NCBI GenBank assembly: GCA_041659405.1
Contig: JBAZYK010000008.1
Location: 52,013 to 84,012, forward strand
Direction of reading: 5' to 3'
Source: Candidatus Altimarinota bacterium
Lineage (GTDB): Bacteria > Patescibacteriota > Gracilibacteria > UBA1369
DNA length: 32,000 nt
Each line of letters starts with the position of its first letter. Position 1 is the stretch's first letter. Below the pieces are notes generated by a model. The model searched no databases, was not told where the DNA came from, and saw only the letters and a list, made by a program, of their open reading frames with translations. The position numbers and the translations under genes were made by a program. This document shows positions 1 through 9,006 of the stretch, piece by piece.

Positions 1-1661
1 ATAACCTCGCGAATATTGGCCTCATCCTGGAATAGCATAATCAGGCGGTCAATTCCCCAGGCAATACCACCATGTGGAGGAGCTCCAAATTCAAACGCGT
101 GTAAAAGATGACCAAATCTTCTTTGCGCGTCGTCTTTGCTAATTCCTAAAGTATCAAAAATCTTGCTTTGAAGTTCCGGTGTATGAATTCTGATACTGCC
201 GCCACCAATTTCATTGCCGTTCAAAGCCAAATCATAAGCCTTAGCCCTAACTTTTTCCGGCGCGGTATCCAACATGGCCACATCTTCGTCTTTTGGACTC
301 GTAAACGGATGATGAGCCGAATTTAGGCGCTGTTCCGTTGCGCTCCACTCAAAAAGAGGGAAGTCGTAAACCCAACAAAACGCAAAAACATTATTATCAC
401 GTAAATTCATTTTATCGCCGCAAGCCAAACGGATTTTGCCCAAGACCTCACAAACCTTCAAAAACTCACCGGCCCCAAAGAAAATAATATCACCGCTTTG
501 AGCCTTAGTTTTTTCAACAAGTGCCTTAACCTCTTCATCTTTAAAGAATTTGAGTAATGACGATTTTGGTCCTTCCGGCGCGATTTGAATATAAGCCAAA
601 CCTTTTGCCCCAAAGGATTGGGCCAGTTCGGTTAATTCATCAATTTCTTTACGTGTGAATTTATTGCCGCCTTCAACTTTCAAAGCACGAACCACGCCAC
701 CTGCTTTTACGGCATCGGCAAAAACTTTAAATCCGGATTCTTTTACCAAATCACTTACATCAACAATTTCCATCCCAAAACGAATATCAGGCTTGTCTGA
801 GCCATATTTATCCATGGATTCCTGCCAGGTCATACGTGGAAAAGGTTTTTTCTGGATTTTTTTATGAGGAACCAAAGTTTCAACCAGGTTAATCATTAAC
901 TCTTCATTGAGTTGAATAATGTCTTCCTGTTCAATAAAAGACATCTCCACATCCAATTGCGTAAACTCAGGCTGGCGATCTCCGCGTTGATCTTCATCAC
1001 GGAAACAGCGCGCAATTTGGAAATAACGATCCATGGAAGCCACCATTAAAAGCTGTTTCAATTGCTGTGGTGATTGAGGCAGCACAAAAAACTTTCCCGG
1101 ATACAGGCGTGAAGGAACCAGATATTCACGGCTTCCTTCCGGCGTTCCCTTAATCAAAATCGGAGTTTCTATTTCCAAAAAACCTTTGCTGTCCATATAA
1201 TCACGAATTTTTTTGATCACGTTGTGGCGCATAATCAGGTTATTCTTCATGCGCTCACGACGAATATCCAAATAACGATACTTCAAACGCAACTCTTCAT
1301 TGACCTCTTTATCCTGATCAATTTCAAATGGTGGAGTCTTGGAACGATTCAAAATTTCGGCACTATTAACAACCACTTCAATTCCTCCAGTCGTCATCTT
1401 GGAATTCTTCATTCCCTCAGGCCTCTTGCGGACACTTCCTTCAATTTTCAAAACAAACTCACTGCGGGCCTCATCCAGAATTTTATATCCTTCCGGAGAA
1501 ACCGTTGGATCAGCGGCAACTTGAGTCAACCCATAACGATCACGCAAATCAATAAAAATCATTCCACCATGATCACGTCGACGATGGACCCATCCACAAA
1601 GCGTCACTTTTTGATCAACATTAGTTTCAGTTAGTTCATTACAGGTATGAGTTCGGAGCAT
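1..1661 (-). CDS. aspS: Aspartate--tRNA ligase (partial, C-terminus beyond window start)
   Basis: Minus-strand translation from ATG at 1661: MLRTHTCNELTETN...GWVHRRRDHGGMIFIDLRDRYG...FRDEDQRGDRQPEFTQLDVEMSF...GGIAWGIDRLIML; class II synthetase and bacterial AspRS hallmarks. Confidence 0.95.
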   Translation of the reverse strand, partial: MLRTHTCNELTETNVDQKVTLCGWVHRRRDHGGMIFIDLRDRYGLTQVAADPTVSPEGYKILDEARSEFVLKIEGSVRKRPEGMKNSKMTTGGIEVVVNSAEILNRSKTPPFEIDQDKEVNEELRLKYRYLDIRRERMKNNLIMRHNVIKKIRDYMDSKGFLEIETPILIKGTPEGSREYLVPSRLYPGKFFVLPQSPQQLKQLLMVASMDRYFQIARCFRDEDQRGDRQPEFTQLDVEMSFIEQEDIIQLNEELMINLVETLVPHKKIQKKPFPRMTWQESMDKYGSDKPDIRFGMEIVDVSDLVKESGFKVFADAVKAGGVVRALKVEGGNKFTRKEIDELTELAQSFGAKGLAYIQIAPEGPKSSLLKFFKDEEVKALVEKTKAQSGDIIFFGAGEFLKVCEVLGKIRLACGDKMNLRDNNVFAFCWVYDFPLFEWSATEQRLNSAHHPFTSPKDEDVAMLDTAPEKVRAKAYDLALNGNEIGGGSIRIHTPELQSKIFDTLGISKDDAQRRFGHLLHAFEFGAPPHGGIAWGIDRLIMLFQDEANIREV

Positions 1662-1689
1662 AAAAATTCATTAGCAAACGCCCTACATC

Positions 1690-4600
1690 TTAACTCAACA
1701 TAACGTTAAGTTCTAGCTTAAGTTCATCACTCAAATTAATGCCAAAAGGAAGCTTTAATCGTTTTTGCCCCAAAAGAATTTCCACCTTTCTTTCACCGGG
1801 ATAGCGCAAAAGCAGCTGTTTTAAATCTTCCATTTTTTTCAATTGAAAATGCGGCGGAATCGTCACGCAAAATGGATCTTCCTGCCATGGCTCCAAATTT
1901 TGAGCGGCAGAACTTTCATCTGGTGCGTGGGTCACCGGCTCTTCCATTAAAGGATCTTCCACGGCTACAGGATCAGGAGTTAAGGTCTTTTGTTTGCGGC
2001 TCATTTTTTCTTTAGGATCGTACATGTTGAGTTCCTGAGCATTTCTGATCATGCTATCCAAAGAAACCGCCTTGGCTGTGTTGACCGAAAATTGCAGACT
2101 ATCGCGTCGCAAATCCAAACGGCCTTCCATAATCAAAAGCTGGTCCTCTTTAATAAGCTCGCCATATAGTTGATAAACTTTTGGAAAAACCACAAACTCG
2201 ATTCTGCCTGTTGGATCCTCAACTTCGCCATAAACCATATAAGCGCCACTTTTGGTAAAAACCTTTTTTGCTTTTGTTATAATTCCGCCAATTTTAACCA
2301 ATTTACCAACGTGTTTTTTGGCTAAAGAGTCAATAATATTAACTTTTTTGGACAGATATTTTTTTAAACCTCTCAGTGGATGACCGGAAACAAAAAGTCC
2401 CATATATTTTTTCTCCCATGACAATCTTTCCATCAAACTGGTTGGAGCGGCTTTCTTTAGAGTAAAAGTCTGAGTAGAAGACTCCTGCACTTCCTCCATC
2501 ATTCCAAAAATATCAGTTTGGCCTTGCGCGCTAACCTCATGGGCAAATTTTGAAAACTTCGACATTGCTTCAAAACCTTCGGCCAATGATTTACGGTCCC
2601 CAAGTTCATCCAAAGCCCCGGAATAAGCCAAAGCTTCAATCGTTTTTTTATTGATAAGTTTGGCCGGAGCGCGCTTTAAAAATTCTTCAATCGTTGTGAA
2701 TTTACCACCTTTTCTCACTTCGATTAGGTCCAAAATAACGCCTTCACCAAGCCCTTTTATGGCTGTTAAACCAAAGCGAATCGTTTTTTCATCAACAACC
2801 GTAAAATTCGCGAAAGAATCATTTATCGAAGGAGGAAGTACCGCAATTCCCATTTCATTACATTCATTCATTTCCAAAACGACCCGTTCGGTATTGTCAT
2901 AATCCGATGAAAGCAGCGCCGCCATAAACTCAATCGGATAATGCGATTTTAAATAGGCGGTTTGATAAGAAATCATGGCATAACAAGCCGCATGAGCTTT
3001 GTTGAAACCATAACCCGCAAACGGCTCAATAACCTTCTCGAAAACCTCTTTTGCAAACTTTTCTCCATGTCCCTGCCCGATTGCTCCTTTCACAAATTTC
3101 TCTTTTTGCTCATTTAAAAGTGCCAGAATCTTTTTACCCACCGCTTTACGCAAAAGATCAGCTTCCCCCAATGAAAATCCGGCAAAATCGCGGGCAATTT
3201 GTAAAATTTGTTCCTGATAAATCGCCACGCCATTGGTTTCATTCAAAATTTTCTCGAACGAAGGATGAAAATATCTTATACTGCTTGGATCGTGTTTTCC
3301 TTTAATATACTGCGGAATCCACTCCATTGGACCGGGACGATAAAGCGAAATCATCGCAATAATATCTTCAAAACGGGTCGGTTTTAACTCGCGAATATAT
3401 CTTCTCATGCCGGGGGATTCCAATTGAAAAACGCCGGTAGTATCGCCTTTTTGCAAAAGATCAAAACTGGCGGCATCATCCATCGGAATAGTTTCAAGCA
3501 CAAAATCAATGTCATGCCTGAATTTTATCAATTGCAGTGTTCTTTGGATGATACTCAGGTTTTTTAAGCCCAAAAAGTCCATTTTCAAAAGACCAATCTC
3601 CTCAATCGGCTTCATTGAATATTGAGTGATCACTTCTTCGCCGCCACCGGTTGACCTTTGTACGGGACAATAATTGATCAATGGCAATTCAGACATCACC
3701 ACCGCCGAAGCATGAGTTCCGGCATGACGCACAGTTCCTTCCAATTGAATCGCATTGTCTAAAAGTGCCTTTGTTCTTGGCTCGCTTCTATAAACCGCGC
3801 TCAATTCCGAGCTTTCTTCAACGGAAACCTTTAAAGGTGAATGTTTCCCCAAAATTGGCATCGGAATAAGTTTGGAAATACGGTCAACTTCAGCATAAGG
3901 ATAACCCATCGCACGACCAACATCTCTTACCGCCGCTTTAGCCGCCATGGTTCCAAAAGTGATAATCTGCGCCACACAATCTTTGCCATATTTTTCCGTA
4001 ACATAAGCCAAAACCTCGTCTCTTCTGGTATCCGCAAAATCAATATCAATATCCGGCATACTCACACGTTCCGGATTCAAGAAGCGTTCAAAAATCAGCC
4101 CATATTTTAAAGGATCAAGCTGCGTAATATTTAAAGTATAAGTAATGAGCGATCCCGCCGCCGAACCACGACCCGGCCCCACTGTAATTCCCTGATCCTT
4201 GGCAAATCTCACAAAATCCCAAACAATCAAAAAGTAATCGTCAAAGCCCATCTTATGGACAATTCCAAGCTCATAATTTAGCTGAGCGATGGCTTTTTCC
4301 GGTGTTGGATCCCCAAATTTCTTTTTAAGCCCCTCTTCACACAATTTTCTAAGATATGATTCCGAAGTTTCATTACCCGGTTTCTTAAAAATAGGAATAA
4401 GACTCGCCCCAAGTTCAATCGTAAGATCGCATCGTTCCGCTATTTTCGCCGTATTATCAATCGCTTCGGGAACATGCGCAAAAACCCGGCGCATTTCTTC
4501 TTCACTTTGCATCGAAAAATCGCCATCAAATTTCATTCTATTTTCCACTTCCAGGGTCGTTTGAGTCTGAATACAAAGCAAAATATCCTGTGCCAGCGCA

Positions 4601-5241
4601 TCTCCTTTTTTTACATAATGAGAATCCTGAGTAGCCACCAAAGGCGCCCCGGTTATTTTAGAAAGCTCAATCAAGCGGTCATTTAAGACCTTTTGTTCGT
4701 CCAGTTGAGGATGATCCTGCAATTCCAAATAAAAATTCTCTACGCCAAAAATATCCTGATAACTGCGAATAACTTCAATTTGCTTTGCCTCGTTATCGTT
4801 CAAAACAGCCTGGGCAACCTCACCGGCCAGACACGAACTTAAGGCAATCAGACCTTTACTATGGGCTTTCATTAAGCCATGATCCATTCTTGGCTTGTAA
4901 TAAAAACCTTCCAAATGTGCCTTGGAAACAAGCTCCATTAAGTTTTTATAACCCTCAAAATTTTGCGCTAACAAAATAAGATGGAACGGTTTGCTTTCGG
5001 TTCTTGGAGCCCGATCAAAACGTGACCCCGGCGCAACATAAACCTCACAACCAATAATTGGCTTAATGCCTTCAGCTTTTGCCGCTTTATAAAACTCAAT
5101 TGCGCCATATAAAACCCCATGATCAGTCATGGCCACAGCCGGAAAGCCCAGCTCCTTAGCCCTTTGGACGATTTTTTTAGGAGTCCCCAGTCCATCAAGC
5201 AGACTGTAATGAGAATGAACGTGAAGAGGTACGTAAGCCAT
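1690..5241 (-). CDS. dnaE: DNA polymerase III subunit alpha
   Basis: ORF 1690..5271; likely true start MAYVPLHVHSHYSLLDG at 5241 (PHP domain), GPGRGSAAGSL and PDIDIDF motifs, C-terminal OB-fold. Confidence 0.96.
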   Translation of the reverse strand: MAYVPLHVHSHYSLLDGLGTPKKIVQRAKELGFPAVAMTDHGVLYGAIEFYKAAKAEGIKPIIGCEVYVAPGSRFDRAPRTESKPFHLILLAQNFEGYKNLMELVSKAHLEGFYYKPRMDHGLMKAHSKGLIALSSCLAGEVAQAVLNDNEAKQIEVIRSYQDIFGVENFYLELQDHPQLDEQKVLNDRLIELSKITGAPLVATQDSHYVKKGDALAQDILLCIQTQTTLEVENRMKFDGDFSMQSEEEMRRVFAHVPEAIDNTAKIAERCDLTIELGASLIPIFKKPGNETSESYLRKLCEEGLKKKFGDPTPEKAIAQLNYELGIVHKMGFDDYFLIVWDFVRFAKDQGITVGPGRGSAAGSLITYTLNITQLDPLKYGLIFERFLNPERVSMPDIDIDFADTRRDEVLAYVTEKYGKDCVAQIITFGTMAAKAAVRDVGRAMGYPYAEVDRISKLIPMPILGKHSPLKVSVEESSELSAVYRSEPRTKALLDNAIQLEGTVRHAGTHASAVVMSELPLINYCPVQRSTGGGEEVITQYSMKPIEEIGLLKMDFLGLKNLSIIQRTLQLIKFRHDIDFVLETIPMDDAASFDLLQKGDTTGVFQLESPGMRRYIRELKPTRFEDIIAMISLYRPGPMEWIPQYIKGKHDPSSIRYFHPSFEKILNETNGVAIYQEQILQIARDFAGFSLGEADLLRKAVGKKILALLNEQKEKFVKGAIGQGHGEKFAKEVFEKVIEPFAGYGFNKAHAACYAMISYQTAYLKSHYPIEFMAALLSSDYDNTERVVLEMNECNEMGIAVLPPSINDSFANFTVVDEKTIRFGLTAIKGLGEGVILDLIEVRKGGKFTTIEEFLKRAPAKLINKKTIEALAYSGALDELGDRKSLAEGFEAMSKFSKFAHEVSAQGQTDIFGMMEEVQESSTQTFTLKKAAPTSLMERLSWEKKYMGLFVSGHPLRGLKKYLSKKVNIIDSLAKKHVGKLVKIGGIITKAKKVFTKSGAYMVYGEVEDPTGRIEFVVFPKVYQLYGELIKEDQLLIMEGRLDLRRDSLQFSVNTAKAVSLDSMIRNAQELNMYDPKEKMSRKQKTLTPDPVAVEDPLMEEPVTHAPDESSAAQNLEPWQEDPFCVTIPPHFQLKKMEDLKQLLLRYPGERKVEILLGQKRLKLPFGINLSDELKLELNVMLS

Positions 5242-5443
5242 GAAAAGTTCAAAATAAAAATTTTTCCACAAATTTTAAATTCCCTGCGCATTTTAACACA
5301 AAAAATTAAAAAAGCATGAGCGGAGGGAAGTTTGAGCAAATTGAGGATTTTTGAACTTACGGGTCTCGCGGGCCCCGAAGTGAAAAAATCCGAATAGTGC
5401 GAAAACTTTCCGCAGCGAATACATTGCCCTTTTCGAAAATATT

Positions 5444-5470
5444 AAAAACCTTTTAGGGAAAAGGTTTTTA
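5444..5470 (-). terminator. Rho-independent terminator-like hairpin downstream of tRNA-Leu
   Basis: AAAAACCTTTT-AGGGA-AAAAGGTTTTT: 11-bp perfect stem with 5-nt loop, just past the tRNA 3' end. Confidence 0.7.
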
Positions 5471-5475
5471 AATTT

Positions 5476-5560
5476 GGTGCCGGGGAGAGGACTCGAACCT
5501 CCACGCCTTGTGGGCGTCAGCTCCTAAGGCTGATGCGTCTGCCATTTCGCCACCCCGGCC
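5476..5560 (-). tRNA. tRNA-Leu (anticodon TAG)
   Basis: GCCGGGGTGGCGAAATGGCAGACGC...TCAGC-CTTAGGA-GCTGA...variable arm...GGTTCGAGTCC...CCCCGGCACCA; cloverleaf with encoded CCA. Confidence 0.95.
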
Positions 5561-5633
5561 TTTTCACACTGGCCCATATTAGCAAACTTTCCCCCAAGGT
5601 AAAAAGGGATAATTTCAATCCAAAGCTAATAGC

Positions 5634-5662
5634 TTGACAAACCAAAAGTTAAGTTGTAATAT
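5634..5662 (+). promoter_or_regulatory. Sigma70-type promoter
   Basis: TTGACA - 17 bp - TAATAT, oriented towards the 5816..6943 gene. Confidence 0.6.
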
Positions 5663-5815
5663 AAATACCTTTTCTTGCGAGAGAAGTGTAAAGCTACAAG
5701 CTTGCGTGAAGATCAAATTTCTTTCTTGACACTATCATTCTTTACGCCTAAGCTCATACTATCTGCACAGGAAATCTTAAACCAAAATTCTTCTAAAATC
5801 TTTAACTGCGAACCC

Positions 5816-6943
5816 ATGGATAACCAATTTTCTCAAAACTCTTTCACTTCTGGCACTGGTTCTACCGCTGCCACTCCCCAAAAACCGATTGGAAAGCTTG
5901 ATTTAAGTGAAATTATTGAGGATATGTTCCTGGTTCTAACGAACAAGGAAAAAGACGTTATCGTTAAAAGATTCAGTCTGGACAGCAAACCTAAGCAAAC
6001 TCTAGAGAAAATCGGCCAATCTTTCTCTGTTACACGTGAAAGAATCCGCCAGATCGAGAAAATCGCGTTAAATAAATTACGCCGCACCGTTGATAACACT
6101 AAACTCAGCATTATCAATAAACTTGCCAAGGAAACTCTTACAACCCATGGTGGTATTTTGCTTGAGAACAAGTTGGTAGCGGAAATTTTAAACAATATTA
6201 TCAGCACACAGGAAGTTGATGCAAATATCATTAAATTGGCACTCAACATCAATCCTGAAATCACCAAGATGGAAAAAACTAATACCTACAAGCCATTTTG
6301 GCACATGTTGAGTATCAGCATGGACGACATTAAATTGATTATCGAAACAGGTATCACTATTTTGAATAAAAAAGGTGATGTTATTATCGATGAAAAACTT
6401 GCAGTGGAAGTAGTGGTTGCCATAGAAGAAAAAGGCAAAAAGTTTGTAAATCCAATGATTCTTTCCGGTCTTGAAGTGGATAAGCGCGTTAAACGTATTA
6501 AAGAAGGCTTTGGCTTGATTATGTGGAGACACATCAACCCACGCAGTATTCGTGATAAAGCTTACATCGTTCTTAAAAAAGGCGGCAATCCATTGCATTT
6601 CGTTGAAATTGCCAATAAGATCGCCGAATCCGGCTTCGATAAAAAAGTAGTAACCACACAAGCCGTTCACAATGAATTGATTCGTTACGAACAATTCGTT
6701 TTGGTTGGAAGAGGCCTTTACGCTCTTAAAGAATGGGGCTACAAAAAGGGAACAGTTGCTGATGTAATTGAAAACCTTCTTCACAAAAAGAGCCCAATGA
6801 CCAAACAGGAAATCATTCAGGGAGTTCTTAAACAACGTCAGGTTAAGAAGGGGACTATCTCACTCAACCTTCAAAAGAACGCTCAATTTGTTCGTGTTGG
6901 TCGTGCGGTTTATAAGCTTGATGAATCAAAGAAGGTTGCTTAA
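5816..6943 (+). CDS. Regulator with sigma-70 region-4-like HTH plus C-terminal HARE-HTH-like repeats
   Basis: ORF 5675..6943; likely start MDNQFSQN at 5816, because the upstream ATG at 5675 is only about 13 nt past the promoter -10. Contains LTNKEKDVIVKRFSLDSKPKQTLEKIGQSFSVTRERIRQIEKIALNKLRR. Confidence 0.8.
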   Translation: MDNQFSQNSFTSGTGSTAATPQKPIGKLDLSEIIEDMFLVLTNKEKDVIVKRFSLDSKPKQTLEKIGQSFSVTRERIRQIEKIALNKLRRTVDNTKLSIINKLAKETLTTHGGILLENKLVAEILNNIISTQEVDANIIKLALNINPEITKMEKTNTYKPFWHMLSISMDDIKLIIETGITILNKKGDVIIDEKLAVEVVVAIEEKGKKFVNPMILSGLEVDKRVKRIKEGFGLIMWRHINPRSIRDKAYIVLKKGGNPLHFVEIANKIAESGFDKKVVTTQAVHNELIRYEQFVLVGRGLYALKEWGYKKGTVADVIENLLHKKSPMTKQEIIQGVLKQRQVKKGTISLNLQKNAQFVRVGRAVYKLDESKKVA

Positions 6944-6986
6944 TTCCCAAGTTTAAATTCAACATTAAAAATTAAAACACTAGATC

Positions 6987-7307
6987 ATGGCTGATCAATG
7001 CATTTTTTGCAAAATAATTTCCAAAGAAATACCTTCAAAGATGGAACATGAAGATGATCTTTGTGTTGCCTTTCATGATATTCATCCCCGGTCGCGGGTT
7101 CACCTTTTGGTTTTGCCAAAAAGGCACATGGAAACTCTTAAAGATATGGAAATAGCGGACGAGAAAACCCTGGGACGCATGATGAAAGTGGCAAGTGACC
7201 TGGCCAAAAAGTTCAAGCTGGAAGATTACAAACTTTTAATGAGTGTAGGCAAAAAAGCCGGACAGGAAATTTTTCATGCCCACCTTCACGTAATGAGTGT
7301 TGATTAA
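6987..7307 (+). CDS. HIT family (histidine triad) protein
   Basis: CIFCKIISKEIPSK...AFHDIHPRSRVHLLVLPKRH...GQEIFHAHLHVMS. Confidence 0.93.
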   Translation: MADQCIFCKIISKEIPSKMEHEDDLCVAFHDIHPRSRVHLLVLPKRHMETLKDMEIADEKTLGRMMKVASDLAKKFKLEDYKLLMSVGKKAGQEIFHAHLHVMSVD

Positions 7308-7329
7308 TTTAGCGGGCGAATGCGCTAAA

Positions 7330-8289
7330 TCAAGCCTGGAATTCCAAAGAAATATCCAGCGCTTTTGCCGAATGTGTAAGCATCCCGAGCGAAATTATGT
7401 CCACTCCACTCGCCGCATACGTCTTTAAATTTTCGAAATTAATTCCACCCGAAGCCTCAAAAAAGATGTTCTTTTGCCAGCCCATTTTTTTACATTGATT
7501 GATAATCATTTTAATTTCGGTAACTTTCATATTATCAAGCATGATATAAAGCGGCTGAAAGCCTTTTGGCGCCTGCTCAAAATAATATTGCGCAACTTTT
7601 AACGCATCGTTTTTGGAAGTCACTTCAATCTCCACAAAATTTCCTAACTGCTCTTTTGAACTTTCAAAAATTTTATCCAAAATTGCCGCAAAATTATTTT
7701 CAAAAAGTGCCACGTGATTATCCTTAATTAAAACCGCATCACTTAGAGAAAGTCTATGTGTCCCGCCTCCACCAACCATGCAAGCCTTTTTATCAAACAG
7801 TGGCCATAAAGTTTTTCGCGTTGGGGTAATCAAAACCTTGCTCGCGCTTAAACTGCAGGCCTTGGCAGTAGCAGTTGCGACCCCGGACATCCTTTGCAGA
7901 AAATTTAAAATTGTTCTTTCCAGTAACAAAATATCCTGCGCGGAACCTTTCAAACTTCCAAATTCCTGGCCTTTGGTAAGTCTTTCGGCATCGCGCACTT
8001 TAAAATTAACAGAAACCTCACCTAATTTAATACTTGCAAGCTTCTCAACATGATTCAAAAAAAACTCTATCTCTTCAATGCCGGCAACAACGCCATCACT
8101 TTTTGCCAAGAAAAAAGCCTCAATTTTCCTTTCAGGATCAGGTAAAAGCCGGCTGGTTATATCGCCTTTATTTCTAACATCCAGACGCAAATTATTTTCA
8201 AAAAAATCCAGGACATGTTGCCTGTATTCTTGATTATTAATGCGCAAATATTTTTCCAAACAATGCGTTTTTCTAATGATGTTTATCAT
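7330..8289 (-). CDS. nadC: Nicotinate-nucleotide pyrophosphorylase (carboxylating)
   Basis: Full-length 319 aa; RMSGVATAT, TPTRKTLWPLFDKKACMVGGGGTHRLSLSDAVLIKDNH, EVTS, LDNM, EASGG motifs. Confidence 0.93.
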   Translation of the reverse strand: MINIIRKTHCLEKYLRINNQEYRQHVLDFFENNLRLDVRNKGDITSRLLPDPERKIEAFFLAKSDGVVAGIEEIEFFLNHVEKLASIKLGEVSVNFKVRDAERLTKGQEFGSLKGSAQDILLLERTILNFLQRMSGVATATAKACSLSASKVLITPTRKTLWPLFDKKACMVGGGGTHRLSLSDAVLIKDNHVALFENNFAAILDKIFESSKEQLGNFVEIEVTSKNDALKVAQYYFEQAPKGFQPLYIMLDNMKVTEIKMIINQCKKMGWQKNIFFEASGGINFENLKTYAASGVDIISLGMLTHSAKALDISLEFQA

Positions 8290-8810
8290 TAAATGGAAAT
8301 ATTTTTAACAAATTTCAACCACCAACCTTTGAGTGTTTCTACGGTTGCATAAGCCAAATGTTCCAAAATTTCTTTTAATTCCCTGATTTTAGTTACGACT
8401 CCGTTAAGTGAATAAGGTGAAAATCCTTTTGGATCTCTCATGATTTTTTTTGCCTCTTTTTCTAAAACCTTGATCTGCTTTTCAATTTCATGCGCGATTT
8501 GTCCGCGCATCGCCTCAATTGTTGGGATCTTGATCGGCTTAATTGCTGTTTGAGTAGTCTGAGCCGCTCCTCCGGAAAACTTGGTAGCAGGTCCGACACT
8601 TTTCTTTTCCGAAACCTGTTCACTTACTTTTTCGTTTGAAGCTTCCACATTTTCGACAACTTCGCCCACGCCTTCCATAAATCTGGTGGAAGTTTGTTGA
8701 ACCTCTTTGGATAACTGCTGTTTTTCAGCCTTTTGCTCCTGGGGCTTTTCCCGTTGAGCTTCAGGTGCGTGAACGATTTGTTCCTTGTTGTTTCCTGGAT
8801 TATTCGCCAT
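8289..8810 (-). CDS. Hypothetical protein with low-complexity charged N-terminus
   Basis: 173-aa ORF whose stop overlaps the nadC start; N-terminal half rich in E/Q/K/S. Confidence 0.6.
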   Translation of the reverse strand: MANNPGNNKEQIVHAPEAQREKPQEQKAEKQQLSKEVQQTSTRFMEGVGEVVENVEASNEKVSEQVSEKKSVGPATKFSGGAAQTTQTAIKPIKIPTIEAMRGQIAHEIEKQIKVLEKEAKKIMRDPKGFSPYSLNGVVTKIRELKEILEHLAYATVETLKGWWLKFVKNISI

Positions 8811-9006
8811 AAAATTAGTTTTATACTTTACCTATATAACACAGAATTCGTGAATAAATTACATAATTATACATGATATTTGCCCGTTTTGTCAATTGCG
8901 CTAAGCGCTATTTCATTCGCTTCTCCGCTCAAAATAACATAAAATGTCAGGGGCATTTATCCTGCACGTATCTACATAATATAAACTTTACGTCACAAAT
9001 TCAACT

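Noticed and set aside
5833-6835. Long antisense ORFs (5833..6267 -, 6188..6835 -)
   Set aside because: Overlap the well-supported sigma-region-4/HARE-HTH gene on the plus strand; translations show no family features.
8811-9006. Possible valine T-box leader upstream of valS
   Set aside because: No recognisable T-box motif (AGGGTGGNACCGCG) or antiterminator pairing seen.
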